A DNA stretch of 64,000 nt. Source: an uncultured Bacillota bacterium. Its GTDB lineage: Bacteria; Sysuimicrobiota; Sysuimicrobiia; Sysuimicrobiales; Segetimicrobiaceae. Positions 10,062 to 20,495 of the stretch are shown piece by piece. The notes beneath the pieces were generated by a model. That model had not been told where the DNA came from. It saw nothing but the letters and a program-made list of their open reading frames with translations, and made no database searches. The number at the start of each line of letters is the position of its first letter. The first letter of the stretch is position 1. Made by a program: the position numbers and the translations under genes. Location of the stretch: positions 142,815 to 206,814 of the forward strand of contig CAWDRG010000010.1 of assembly GCA_963804645.1 (NCBI GenBank), given 5' to 3'.

Positions 10062-11909
10062 TTGCAGCGCGTCACGCGACGGACGTATTCCGCCGGGCTC
10101 GCGATCGCGATCGGCGTGGCCGCCTGGCTGTATTACAGCTGGAGACTCTCGCTGACGGTCCCGGCCGGCCTCGACCTCTTCGACTTCGCGAACAATTTCC
10201 TGTACGCGGACGACATGCGCCACGGCAACTGGCTGCTGCACGGATGGGTCGTAACCCAAGACCCGCATTGGCTGACCGACGATCTCGTGTATGTAATCGG
10301 CCTCGCCGTACGAGGCTTCGACCCCTCGCTGCTCCATGCCGTCCCGGTGGTCGTCTATACCGTCCTCGTCGGCCTCGCCGCGTGGGCGGCGGTGGCCGGG
10401 CTGAACCTGCGCGCGGGCGAAGGGATCCTGGTCTCGGCGGTGGCCGTCCTCCCGCTCGTCTTCCCGTCTTCCGCGCTCGCCAGCCAGGTCCTGATCGGCC
10501 CGTACCACACGGGCACCACCGCCGCGGCGCTGGGCGCGATGCTCCTCCTCGCGCCGCGCGGCGGCGATGAGCCGCGCGCGGCGCGGATGCGCCGGACCGT
10601 CGCGGGAGGCGCCCTGCTCGCGATCGGCCGGATCGGCGATCCGTACATGCTGACGCTCGGCATCGTGCCGGTGATCGCGGTCGCGCTCTACAGCGCCGTC
10701 GTCTACCGCGCGCGGCCGTGGAGCACGCCGGCGGGCCTTCCGCTCACCGCCGCGCTCGTGGCCTGGGCAGGGGCGGCCGGCGTCCTCGCCCTGATCCCCC
10801 ACCTCGGGGGATTCACGATGCGCGCATCGCTCGCGCCGTTGATTCCCCTCTCCGAACTCGGACCGCGCCTATTGAGCTTTCTCGGCACGTTCTTGGATCT
10901 CAGCGGCGGCGACATCTTCGGGATGAACTTCGGCAGCCTCCTGATCGTGACGCTCGTCCGGCTCGTGTACCTCTGCGCGGCCGCGTGGGCCGTCGCGCGC
11001 GTCCTCGGCGAGCTCCGCCGGGGCACCGAGCGGGACTGGACGACGTCGGTCTTGACCGCGGCTGTCCTCATCTCGGCGGCCGGGACGTTCTTGTACGGCC
11101 CGAGCGACTACCTCGGGACCGAGCACCGGACGCCGGTATTTCTGCTGATGGGCGTCGTGCTCGCGCGCGATCTCGCCGCGCGACACCGGCAGTGGTTTAC
11201 GGATTCCGCCGCGCGGCGGACCACCGGAGCGGCCCTCCTGATCGGCGCGCTGCTCTTCGCGGCGCTTCCGCTCGACGAGCTCCAGCATCCGGCGGGGTTC
11301 GACGATCCGGCGCGGTTCCCGCAGCTGGTCTTGGCGGGATGGCTCGATCAGCACGGCCTGCGGCGCGGGTACGGGCCGTACGATGAGGCGTCGATCATCA
11401 CGGTCGAGACCCACGGCCGCGTCACCGTGCGCCCGCTGATCTCGACGGGCCGCTACGGCGCGCCGCCGCGCAGTACCTGGAGGCTCATCCCCAACATTGA
11501 ACTGATGGCGAACAGCGCCTGGTACGCTCCCTCGGCGGCTGGCACGTTCCTGATCGTGGACGGGCAGGACGTCGACGCGCAGACCGCCCGCGCGACGTTC
11601 GGAGCGCCCGATCAGACTTACCAAGTCGGGCAGTGGCAGGTATGGACCTGGTCGACCGGGATCGTGTGCACCCTCCCCGACGCCACGCCGCAGGTGCGGG
11701 CCGAGGAAGCTGGCGGGACGCCGCCCGAGGGCGCCTCGTGCCGCCGCGCGCAGGGACCCTCGGCGGGCGGATCGCCGCCGGCCCGCCGCGGCGATCGAGC
11801 AGCCGGGCGGCCTACGGTCCCGCGCTCGGTCGGGCAGACGGCGTCCCTCGCGGACGGGGACGTGATTCGAGCGGCAGTCGCCACGGGGCAGATCCGCCCC
11901 CGACGCTGA
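10062..11909 (+). CDS. polytopic membrane protein, possibly GT-C-fold glycosyltransferase-like
   Basis: About 10-12 hydrophobic segments, early loop D..N.FLYADDMRHGNWLLHGW, C-terminal soluble domain; GAGGAGG RBS. Confidence 0.55.
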   Translation: MQRVTRRTYSAGLAIAIGVAAWLYYSWRLSLTVPAGLDLFDFANNFLYADDMRHGNWLLHGWVVTQDPHWLTDDLVYVIGLAVRGFDPSLLHAVPVVVYTVLVGLAAWAAVAGLNLRAGEGILVSAVAVLPLVFPSSALASQVLIGPYHTGTTAAALGAMLLLAPRGGDEPRAARMRRTVAGGALLAIGRIGDPYMLTLGIVPVIAVALYSAVVYRARPWSTPAGLPLTAALVAWAGAAGVLALIPHLGGFTMRASLAPLIPLSELGPRLLSFLGTFLDLSGGDIFGMNFGSLLIVTLVRLVYLCAAAWAVARVLGELRRGTERDWTTSVLTAAVLISAAGTFLYGPSDYLGTEHRTPVFLLMGVVLARDLAARHRQWFTDSAARRTTGAALLIGALLFAALPLDELQHPAGFDDPARFPQLVLAGWLDQHGLRRGYGPYDEASIITVETHGRVTVRPLISTGRYGAPPRSTWRLIPNIELMANSAWYAPSAAGTFLIVDGQDVDAQTARATFGAPDQTYQVGQWQVWTWSTGIVCTLPDATPQVRAEEAGGTPPEGASCRRAQGPSAGGSPPARRGDRAAGRPTVPRSVGQTASLADGDVIRAAVATGQIRPRR

Positions 11910-11925
11910 CAGGGAGGTCGAACCC

Positions 11926-12921
11926 GTGAACCGACAAATCGTGCTTCAGAGCCGCCCGGCCGGGGCGCCGACGCCAGCAAACTTCGCGCTGGTGGAGCGC
12001 CCGATCCCCGAGCCCAGCGACGGCGAGGTCCTGACGCGCACGCTGTGGCTCTCCCTCGATCCCTACATGCGCGGGCGGATGAACGACGCGCAATCGTACG
12101 CGTCCTCGGTGCCGATCGGAGGGGTCATGGTCGGCGGGACGGTCGGCGCGGTCGTCGCCTCGCGTGATCCACGCTTTTCCGCGGGCGACATCGTGCTTGG
12201 CTCCGGAGGCTGGCAGGAGTACGCGGTCCTGCCCGGCGCGAGCCTCCGCAAGCTCGACTCGGCGCTCGCGCCGGTCTCCTTGTTCCTCGGCGTGCTGGGC
12301 ATGCCGGCGATGACCGCCTACGTCGGGCTCCTCGATCTCGGGCGGCCGCGCGAGGGCGAGACCGTGGTCGTCTCGGCCGCGTCGGGAGCCGTCGGCTCGG
12401 TGGTCGGCCAGATCGCCAAGATCAAAGGCTGCCGGACGGTGGGCGTGGCCGGCGGCCCGGACAAGTGCCGCTACGTGGTCGAGACGCTGGGCCTGGACGC
12501 GTGCGTCGATCACCGCGCGCCGGCGCTCGCCGAGGCGCTCGCGCGCGCCTGCCCGAACGGCGTGGACGTCTATTTCGAGAACGTCGGAGGGGCCGTGCAG
12601 CAGGCGGTGTGGCCGCTGCTCAATCAGTTCGCCCGCGTGCCGGTCTGCGGCCTGATCGCCCAGTACAACGACGAGACGCCGCGGCCGGGCCCGTCCATGT
12701 GGTCCGTCCTGAGAAAACGCCTGTCCGTGCGCGGGTTCATCGTGTCGGACCACGCCGACCGGCTGGACGCCTTTCTGCACGACATGTCCGCCTGGGTCCG
12801 CGAGGGCCGCGTGAAATACCGGGAGGATGTCGTCGACGGCCTGGAGCATGCGCCCGAGGCGTTCCTCGGCCTGCTGCAGGGACGCAACTTCGGCAAGCTG
12901 CTTGTCCGCGTCGCCTCATAG
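11926..12921 (+). CDS. NADP-dependent oxidoreductase (prostaglandin reductase/CurA-like MDR family)
   Basis: LSLDPYMRGRM, SAASGAVGSVVGQIAK, YFENVGG, GRNFGKL. Confidence 0.93.
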   Translation: MNRQIVLQSRPAGAPTPANFALVERPIPEPSDGEVLTRTLWLSLDPYMRGRMNDAQSYASSVPIGGVMVGGTVGAVVASRDPRFSAGDIVLGSGGWQEYAVLPGASLRKLDSALAPVSLFLGVLGMPAMTAYVGLLDLGRPREGETVVVSAASGAVGSVVGQIAKIKGCRTVGVAGGPDKCRYVVETLGLDACVDHRAPALAEALARACPNGVDVYFENVGGAVQQAVWPLLNQFARVPVCGLIAQYNDETPRPGPSMWSVLRKRLSVRGFIVSDHADRLDAFLHDMSAWVREGRVKYREDVVDGLEHAPEAFLGLLQGRNFGKLLVRVAS

Positions 12922-13446
12922 CCGCGCGGACGCCTTCGCGCGCCGCCGGCGGTAGAGCTTTCTCGTGAGCAGGATCTGCCCGGTGTGGTAGGCGTCGTGC
13001 GCCGCTTCCCCGAGCAGCAGCTGGATCGCCGAATAGCGCGGGCCCCCGGCCGCGTCGAACGCCTCCGGCGACAGCGCACCTATCGTGGTCTGGAGATCTC
13101 GATGGAGCCGCTCGAGCATCGCCAGCGCGCGGCGAAGCTCCGCGGCGGTCCGGCCCGCACGCGGCCACGCCTGGTTCGTCTGCCGGCTGCGTCCCCGCAC
13201 GCGCTCGAGGACGTAGCGCTTCCAGTACGCAACGTGGTTGATCTGCTCCCACACGGAGTGGACGCCGCGCCCGGGAGTCCACCGCGCCTCCGCCAGCGAT
13301 ACGCCGCGCAGCGCGGCCCGCAGGCCCCGGTGACCCCAGTTGCGCCGCGCGAAGGTGTCCTCGCGAAACCTCACCAGATCGCGCCGCGCGAGCGCGTCCG
13401 TCCTCGGACGCGCGGGGCCCCGCGTGTTGCGCCCTCCCTCGGCCAC
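12916..13446 (-). CDS. DinB family protein
   Basis: HSVWEQINHVAYW and HDAYHTGQI His motifs. Confidence 0.8.
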   Translation of the reverse strand: MAEGGRNTRGPARPRTDALARRDLVRFREDTFARRNWGHRGLRAALRGVSLAEARWTPGRGVHSVWEQINHVAYWKRYVLERVRGRSRQTNQAWPRAGRTAAELRRALAMLERLHRDLQTTIGALSPEAFDAAGGPRYSAIQLLLGEAAHDAYHTGQILLTRKLYRRRRAKASARL

Positions 13447-13460
13447 CGCCGCGCCTCCCG

Positions 13461-14378
13461 TCAGCCGGCGGCCGTCTTGCCGGTCGACCGGCTCAAGTAG
13501 CCCCGCGCCTCCAGGAACCCTTCGATCCGCTCGAGTTGCCGCAGCGTCTCGTCGTCCGCCACGGCCCCCGGATGACGGACGGTCGCGCTGCGGATCGCCC
13601 CGAGCCGCGCCAGCACCGCCTTGCGGAGCGACACGCCGAGTCCCGGCTGAAACTCGAAGCGAATCAGCGGCAGGATCGTGTAGAACAGATCCGCCGCCTT
13701 ATCGATCTCGCCCGCGCGGTGCAGCGTGTACAGACGCACCAGCAGATCCTGGTACACAAATCCCGTCATGATCCCGCACGCGCCGCGTTCGAGCTCCTCC
13801 AGCGCGTACAGGCCGCCGTAGGCGCCGAAGATGCCGAGCGACGCTCCGGCGAGGCTTCGGACCCGGTCGATTTTGGGACCGGTCGGCGGGTCTTCGAGCT
13901 TCACATACTGGACCTGTGTGATCTCCTTATAGAGGCGCGCCAGCAGCGGCGGCGACAGCATGACGCGCGTGGCGATCGGACAGTCGTGCACGATGATCGG
14001 GACGCTGACCGCCTCACCAATCCGCCGATAGTACTCGAAGATCACCTCGTCACTCTGCACCGGGAGCGGGCCGACCAACAGCGCGTCTGCCCCGAGATCG
14101 ACGGCGCGCCGGCTCGCGTGAATCGCGGCGTCGGTCCCGTTGGCAAAGACGCCCGCGACCAGGGTATGCGTGCGCGGCAGGGCCTCGCGGAACAGTCGGA
14201 CGACCTGCTCGCGCTCCGCGTCGATCAGCCGGTCGACCTCGCCCATGACACCGAGAATCGCGAGTCCGTTCACGCCGCGATTCACCATGAACGCGGTCAT
14301 CGTCCGGATGCTGTGCGCGTCGATCGCCCCACGCTCGTCGAACGGCGTCGGTACGATCGGATAGATCCCCGCCAACAT
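13461..14378 (-). CDS. dihydrodipicolinate synthase (DapA-like aldolase) family protein
   Basis: GIYPIVPTPF, LGVMGE, YVKLED Schiff-base Lys; GGAGGG RBS upstream. Confidence 0.88.
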   Translation of the reverse strand: MLAGIYPIVPTPFDERGAIDAHSIRTMTAFMVNRGVNGLAILGVMGEVDRLIDAEREQVVRLFREALPRTHTLVAGVFANGTDAAIHASRRAVDLGADALLVGPLPVQSDEVIFEYYRRIGEAVSVPIIVHDCPIATRVMLSPPLLARLYKEITQVQYVKLEDPPTGPKIDRVRSLAGASLGIFGAYGGLYALEELERGACGIMTGFVYQDLLVRLYTLHRAGEIDKAADLFYTILPLIRFEFQPGLGVSLRKAVLARLGAIRSATVRHPGAVADDETLRQLERIEGFLEARGYLSRSTGKTAAG

Positions 14379-14671
14379 CCGCATCCCTCCCCAACGGCCT
14401 CCGCGCTGTCGATCGCGGCGGCGGTGCGGGCCCACCGAAGTCGTCTGGCCGCACGAGCACCTCAAGCGGCGACCGGCCGGCTCGCGCGCGAACGCGACAG
14501 CGATGGGTATTTGGGTATTATGGTTGAACGCGGTCCGGATCGTCCCCTCCAGCAAGACCGGTCGACGGACGGAGGGGTTCCCGCGGCCGGGGCGAATTCG
14601 AGGGCACGCGGCGACGTGCGCGATCATCCGCACGCCGGCGGCCGTCGGCGTCCGCGTGTCTGTCCACGCTG

Positions 14672-17002
14672 GTGGAGGCGATCGCTGTGGCTCAAGATCT
14701 GCGCCCGCACACATCGCATTGGGGGACGTTCAGCGCGGAGGTGCGGGACGGCGCCATCACGGCCATTCTCCCGTACGCGCGCGACGCCGATCCATCCCCG
14801 CTCCTTCAAAACATCCAGGGCAGCGTCCGGCACCGGACGCGGATCGCGCAGCCGATGGTACGGGCCGGGTGGCTCGACCGGGGTCCCGGACCGGACGCGC
14901 GCCGCGGGGCCGAGCCGTTCGTGCCCGTCGGGTGGGAGACCGTCACCAACCTGCTCGCGGCCGAGCTGCGCCGCGTCATCGACGCCGACGGGCCGCAGGC
15001 GGTCTACGGAGGCTCCTACGGATGGGGCAGCGCAGGCCGGTTCCATCACGCCCAGAGCCAGCTCCATCGGTTCCTGAACTGTCTCGGCGGCTACGTGGGG
15101 TCGGTCAACACCTACAGCATGGGCGCCTCGGCCGTGATCATGCCCCACGTCGTCGGCCTCCACGGCGAACTGACACAGCGGGCGACCTCCTGGCCCCTGC
15201 TCGTCGCCAACACGCAGCTGATGGTCTGCTTCGGGGGCATTCCCCTCAAGAACGCCGCGGTCCAGTCGGGCGGCCTGAGCCGCCATGCCGTGCGCGACCA
15301 CCTGCGCGCCGCGGCCGACCGCGGCGTGGACTTCGTCCTCTTCAGCCCGGTGCGCGACGACCTGCCGGAGTTTCTGCCCGTCGAGTGGCACCCGCTCGTG
15401 CCCGGGACGGACACCGCCGTGATGCTCGGTCTCGCCCACACGCTGATCACCGAGGGGCTGCACGACCGCCCGTTCCTGGACCGCTACTGCGTCGGCTTCG
15501 AGCGGTTCGAGCGCTATGTGCTCGGCCTCGACGACGGACGTCCCAAAACTCCGGAGTGGGCCGCACCGCTGTCGGGGATCCCGGCCGACGCGCTGCGCGC
15601 GCTCGCCCGCCGCATGGCGGGCTCCCGCACGCTCGTCACGGTCAGCTGGTCGCTGCAGCGCGCCGACCACGGCGAGCAGGTGCCGTGGATGGGCGTCACG
15701 CTGGCGGCGATGCTCGGCCAGATCGGGCTGCCGGGCGGGGGCTTCGGTTTCGGGTACGGCTCGGTCCAGGGAGTCGGCGGCCCGATCTACGTGGGAATGC
15801 CGGCCCTGCCGCAGGGGCGAAACCGGGTCGACGCGTTCATCCCCGTGGCCCGGATCTCGGACATGCTGCTGCATCCCGGGGAGATGTTCGACTACGACGG
15901 CCGCCGGCTGGTGTACCCGAGCATCAAGCTGGTGTACTGGTGCGGCGGCAATCCGTTTCACCATCATCAGGACCTCGGCCGCCTGCGCCGCGCGCTCGCG
16001 CGCCCGGAGACCATCGTCGTGCACGACCCGTTCTGGACGTCGATGGCGCGGCACGCCGACATCGTGCTCCCCTCGACGATGACCCTGGAGCGCAACGACA
16101 TCGGCGGCTCGCTGCACGACCCGTGTCTCGTCGCGATGCACCAGGCCGTGGCGCCGTACGCGCAGTCGCGGAACGATTACGATACCTTCACCGCGGCGGC
16201 CGCGGCGCTCGGGGTCGGCGAGCAGTTCACCGAAGGACGCTCCGAGATGGCGTGGATCGCGCACCTGTACGACGGCTGGCGCGAGGGGGTCGCGCAGTTT
16301 GGCGTGCACCTCCCGGTGTTTGAGGAGTTTTGGCGCGCCGGGTTCTTCGAGCTTCCGCAGACGGAAGACTCCAGGATCCTGTTCGGCGCGTTCAGGGACG
16401 ACCCGGAGCGCGCTCCGCTGAACACGCCGAGCGGCCGCATCGAGATCTTCTCCTCGACGATCGACGGGTTTCACTACGACGACTGCGCCGGGCATCCGAC
16501 GTGGTACGAGCCGGCGGAATGGCTCGGATCGCCGGCGGCCGAGCGGTTCCCGCTCGTGCTGGTCGCCAACAATCCCCGGACGCGACTGCACAGCCAGCTC
16601 GACATGGGCGAGTTCAGCCGATCATCCAAGGTCCAGGGACGCGAGCCGGTCCGGATGCATCCGGACGATGCCGCGGCCAGGGGGATCGCGGACGGCGACG
16701 TGGTGCGCCTCTTCAACGACCGCGGCAGCTGCCTCGCCGGGGCGGTGCTGAGCCGCGACGTGCGGCGGAGCGTCGTGCAGCTCTCGACCGGAGCCTGGTA
16801 CGATCCGCTGGACCCGACCGACCCGGGGTCCATGTGCGTGCACGGGAACCCCAACGTCCTCACGCGGGACCAGGGCACGTCGAAGCTGGCCCAGGGCTGC
16901 GCGGGCCAGCACTCGCTCGTGGAGGTCGAACGGTGGGACCGCCCGCTGCCGCCGATCCGCGTGCTGGAGCCGCCGCCGGTGCAGGTGCGCGACGGGCGCT
17001 GA
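14672..17002 (+). CDS. molybdopterin-dependent oxidoreductase, DMSO/TMAO/biotin-sulfoxide reductase family, cytoplasmic
   Basis: SHWG, GGSYGW.SAGRFHH, NTYS (Ser ligand), GGNPFHHHQD, RLHSQ, HGNPNVLT; no Tat signal or Fe-S motif. Confidence 0.9.
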   Translation: MEAIAVAQDLRPHTSHWGTFSAEVRDGAITAILPYARDADPSPLLQNIQGSVRHRTRIAQPMVRAGWLDRGPGPDARRGAEPFVPVGWETVTNLLAAELRRVIDADGPQAVYGGSYGWGSAGRFHHAQSQLHRFLNCLGGYVGSVNTYSMGASAVIMPHVVGLHGELTQRATSWPLLVANTQLMVCFGGIPLKNAAVQSGGLSRHAVRDHLRAAADRGVDFVLFSPVRDDLPEFLPVEWHPLVPGTDTAVMLGLAHTLITEGLHDRPFLDRYCVGFERFERYVLGLDDGRPKTPEWAAPLSGIPADALRALARRMAGSRTLVTVSWSLQRADHGEQVPWMGVTLAAMLGQIGLPGGGFGFGYGSVQGVGGPIYVGMPALPQGRNRVDAFIPVARISDMLLHPGEMFDYDGRRLVYPSIKLVYWCGGNPFHHHQDLGRLRRALARPETIVVHDPFWTSMARHADIVLPSTMTLERNDIGGSLHDPCLVAMHQAVAPYAQSRNDYDTFTAAAAALGVGEQFTEGRSEMAWIAHLYDGWREGVAQFGVHLPVFEEFWRAGFFELPQTEDSRILFGAFRDDPERAPLNTPSGRIEIFSSTIDGFHYDDCAGHPTWYEPAEWLGSPAAERFPLVLVANNPRTRLHSQLDMGEFSRSSKVQGREPVRMHPDDAAARGIADGDVVRLFNDRGSCLAGAVLSRDVRRSVVQLSTGAWYDPLDPTDPGSMCVHGNPNVLTRDQGTSKLAQGCAGQHSLVEVERWDRPLPPIRVLEPPPVQVRDGR

Positions 17003-17053
17003 GCGCCCGCCGCGCTCGCGCGCACGACGGGAGCGCCCCCGCTCCCGCGCCGT

Positions 17054-17854
17054 TCAGCGCACGCCGGCGCGCCCGAGCCCGGACTTGACGAGCTCGATCA
17101 GCGCGATCTCGCTGGTTTCCGACGTGGGCGTGTCGAGCACGATCTCGCCCGCGAACAGGAAGTTGAGGCGGTCGCACACTTCAAAGATCTGGCTGTAGTT
17201 GTGGACGATCATGATGATCGACACCTCGCGGCGGCGGCGCAGCTCCTGAATCAGCGTCAGCACGTGCGCGCTCTCCCGCACGCCCAGCGCGGCCAGCGGC
17301 TCGTCGAGCATCAAGAGTTTGGGAGTCCCCCGCAGCGCGCGGGCCACCGCGATCGACTGGCGCTGCCCGCCCGACAACAGCGCCACCGTGCTGTCCACGG
17401 ACGGAATGTTGATGCCGAGCCCGTCCAGGTACTCCCGCGCCTCCCGCCGCATCCGGCGGTTGTCCAGCAGCGGCACGAGGCCCCACAATCGGGCCTTGAG
17501 TTCGCGGCCAAGGAACATGTTCTGGTACACGGTGAGATCGTTAATCAGGGCCAGGTCCTGATAGACGGTCTCGATCCCGAGCGCCCGCGCGTCCGCCGGC
17601 GAGCGCAGCCGCAGCGGCGCGCCTTCCCACTCGATCGTGCCGCCGTCCGGCTGGTGGAACCCCGACAGAATCTTGATGAACGTCGATTTGCCGGCGCCGT
17701 TGTCCCCGACGAGCGCGAGCACCTCACCGCGCCGCAGAAACAGATTCACATCGCGGAGCGCCGTCACGGCCCCGAAACTCTTGTGGACGTGAACGGCGCG
17801 CAGGATCACGTCCGCGTCGTCCGCCAGCGGACGCACCTCGGGCGGGCGGCTCAT
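17054..17854 (-). CDS. sugar ABC transporter ATP-binding protein
   Basis: GDNGAGKST, IETVYQDLAL, LSGGQRQ, LDEP. Confidence 0.92.
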   Translation of the reverse strand: MSRPPEVRPLADDADVILRAVHVHKSFGAVTALRDVNLFLRRGEVLALVGDNGAGKSTFIKILSGFHQPDGGTIEWEGAPLRLRSPADARALGIETVYQDLALINDLTVYQNMFLGRELKARLWGLVPLLDNRRMRREAREYLDGLGINIPSVDSTVALLSGGQRQSIAVARALRGTPKLLMLDEPLAALGVRESAHVLTLIQELRRRREVSIIMIVHNYSQIFEVCDRLNFLFAGEIVLDTPTSETSEIALIELVKSGLGRAGVR

Positions 17855-18903
17855 CGCGCGCGCATCCGAAACGTCCCGGTCCACACGTTCAGGATCATCG
17901 CCGCCACGATCGCAGCCCCAAGATAGATGTCCGACTGCGTCGCCTGGGCCCCGATCAGCACCAGTCCGTTGTTCAGCGCGGCGACGACGAACGCGCCGAG
18001 CAGCGTCCCGATGGCCGTCCCGGACCCGCCGAACAGCGACGTCCCGCCGATCACCGCGGCGGCGATCGCCTGGAGGGTCAGCCCGCTGCCTCCGGCGATC
18101 GGGTCCGCGGAGGTGTACTGGACGGCGTTGATGATGCCGATCAGCGCCGCCAGCCCTCCGGCGATCATGAAGTTCGCGATTTTCGTACGCTCCACGTGCA
18201 CACCGATCTCCCGGGCCCCGGTCATGTTGCTGCCGGTCGCGATGGTGTGCAGGCCGAACGTCGTCCAGCGCAGGGTCACGGCAACCGCGCACGCGGCGGC
18301 GAACGCCCACAGGAACGGCGTAAACGCGGTGAGCGTGTGGAACGACCACAACGGCGTGGTGGGCGAGTACAGGTTTTCACCGAAGATCGCGTTGAACGGT
18401 TCCTGCACGAGCGTCGCGACCGGCTGGCTGTGGGCGAGGGTCACCGCCAGTCCGGAGACAAAGAACAGCGTCCCGAGCGTGGCGATCAGCGACGGCACCC
18501 GGAAGCGCACGGTGATCACGCCGTTGACGAACCCGATGGCGACGCCGATCAGGAGGCCGACGAACGCCCCGAGGATCAAGGGCTGGCCGCTGCCGGCGAT
18601 CAGGTTCATAACGACCGGGGCGAGCGCGAACGTGCTGCCGGCCGACAGGTCGATCTCGCCGGTGATCATGAGCAGCGTCTCGCCGATGGCGATCAAGGCG
18701 ATCTCGCCGGCGTCGCGCAGCACGACGCTGAGCTCGGCGGTGGTCAGAAACGCGGGATTGCGCGCCTGGAAGTACGCGACCAACACGAGGGCCACCAGCG
18801 CGATGCTGGCTTCTCGATACCGTGCCAGGACGGCCAGCACGGCCCGCGCCGCCGCCCCGAACGGCGCGTCCTGCGGCGTCGGTTCGGGCACGCCCGCGCT
18901 CAT
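17851..18903 (-). CDS. sugar ABC transporter permease (RbsC-like)
   Basis: GEIDLS, IAAAVIGGTSLFGG.G. Confidence 0.92.
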   Translation of the reverse strand: MSAGVPEPTPQDAPFGAAARAVLAVLARYREASIALVALVLVAYFQARNPAFLTTAELSVVLRDAGEIALIAIGETLLMITGEIDLSAGSTFALAPVVMNLIAGSGQPLILGAFVGLLIGVAIGFVNGVITVRFRVPSLIATLGTLFFVSGLAVTLAHSQPVATLVQEPFNAIFGENLYSPTTPLWSFHTLTAFTPFLWAFAAACAVAVTLRWTTFGLHTIATGSNMTGAREIGVHVERTKIANFMIAGGLAALIGIINAVQYTSADPIAGGSGLTLQAIAAAVIGGTSLFGGSGTAIGTLLGAFVVAALNNGLVLIGAQATQSDIYLGAAIVAAMILNVWTGTFRMRAR

Positions 18904-18998
18904 GGACGACCGCGGCCCGTCAGCGTCGCGTCACTCCGCCCGTCGGCGATCTACGCCGCGCGCGCGGGTGGCGAGGACCGGCGATCCATCTCGACGGC

Positions 18999-20087
18999 CT
19001 ACTTGGGCGCCGCCGTCGTGCTGCCCTCGAACCGGCTGGACCCCGACAGGTATGGCCCGACCGTCTGCTTGGTCACGAACCGAAGCCCGGTGTCCGTATC
19101 CGAGGGGAACATCAAGCCGCCGGACAGCTTGTACAGGTACAACTGCACGGCGGGATAAAAGCCCTGCAGGTACGGCTGCTGATCGATCGTGAAGTCCAAG
19201 AATCCCTGGTTGATCAGGGTCAGCGTATCCGGCAGGAGATCGTACCCGCCCCCGGTCACGCCGCTTGCCGCGAGGTTGTACTTCTTCATCACCATCGCGA
19301 CGGCGAGCGTGTCGCTGCCGCCCGTCGCAAACAGGCCCTTCACGGTCTTGTGGCTCAGATAGTAGCTTTCGATCCTCGAGAGCTCCTGTTGGGACTGCGG
19401 CCCCGCGTTGAGCACGTCGTAGGTCACCGGGCTGCCGGCTTCCTTGATGGCGGCGATGTTTCCGTCCAGGCGCGGTTGGAGGTTCAGCGAGCCCGGGGTG
19501 TCGATCGCCAGCATCACGTGGCTGCCCTTCGGCACCGACTTCAGCCAGCGGCGTCCCATCGTCAGGCCCGACTGGTACAGATCCTGGCCCACGTAGGCCA
19601 GGCGCTGGTTCCCGCTGGTCGCCGGGGCGTCCGAGTTGTACGCGACGACGGGAATACCCGCCGCCACCGCGTCGGCAATCGGCTTGTTGAACGCCGTCGG
19701 GTCGACGATCGACACGGCAATGCCGTCGACTTTCGCGGCGGTGGCGGTTTGAATCGCGGAGACCATCTCCGACACGACGGCGTTCTGCGATCCCGTCCAC
19801 TGATAGGAACACCCCAGCATCGCGCACGCGTCCTGGACGCCGTAGATCGTGGGCGTAAAGAACGGGTTCGTGGTGACGTGGTTCACGAACACGAATTTGT
19901 AGGCCTTCTTCGGGAGGTCCGGTGCGGCTAGCGCGGCGGGGACCCCGCTCGCGAGACCCGTCGCGACACCGGCGGCCAGCGCGGCACCGCCGAACCCGGC
20001 CCTGGCCGCAGCGGCAAGCATCCGCCGGCGATTCACCGCCAGTGTGGCGCCCTCGGATTGCGGTCTGCCATTACGCATCCGGTCCAT
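18999..20087 (-). CDS. sugar ABC transporter substrate-binding protein with twin-arginine signal
   Basis: NRRRMLAAA signal; NPFF, YVGQD, IDQQPYLQG. Confidence 0.88.
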   Translation of the reverse strand: MDRMRNGRPQSEGATLAVNRRRMLAAAARAGFGGAALAAGVATGLASGVPAALAAPDLPKKAYKFVFVNHVTTNPFFTPTIYGVQDACAMLGCSYQWTGSQNAVVSEMVSAIQTATAAKVDGIAVSIVDPTAFNKPIADAVAAGIPVVAYNSDAPATSGNQRLAYVGQDLYQSGLTMGRRWLKSVPKGSHVMLAIDTPGSLNLQPRLDGNIAAIKEAGSPVTYDVLNAGPQSQQELSRIESYYLSHKTVKGLFATGGSDTLAVAMVMKKYNLAASGVTGGGYDLLPDTLTLINQGFLDFTIDQQPYLQGFYPAVQLYLYKLSGGLMFPSDTDTGLRFVTKQTVGPYLSGSSRFEGSTTAAPK

Positions 20088-20495
20088 CGCTACACCCCCT
20101 GCGCTCTGAACTGCCACTGCCCACGCGATCGTCACCGCTCGGTCCCGTCGAGATGGCCGGCACACTGCCAGCATCCGCCGAGAGAGCATATGCGACGCTC
20201 CGGACGGCGCCGCCTCCACGCGTGTACTCGTTCGCCGGGTCGGGGTCGCTACCCTGGCCCTCAATCCATCCCGTGGCGGCACCGTTCGGGTACCGGTTGG
20301 CTCATCGGCTCCGGACGTTTCGCGAGCGCGCGATCGACCGCGTGCACGGTTCTGATCGTGCGCGCCCTGGCCGTCGCCCGTCGGCGTCACCCGCGGTCGA
20401 GACTCGGGAAGCGATGCCCACCATGCCCGGTCTCCTCGGTCGTCACGAAACGCGGGCCGTCCTGACGCACGCCTCTATGGGGCTCGCAGCAGGTG

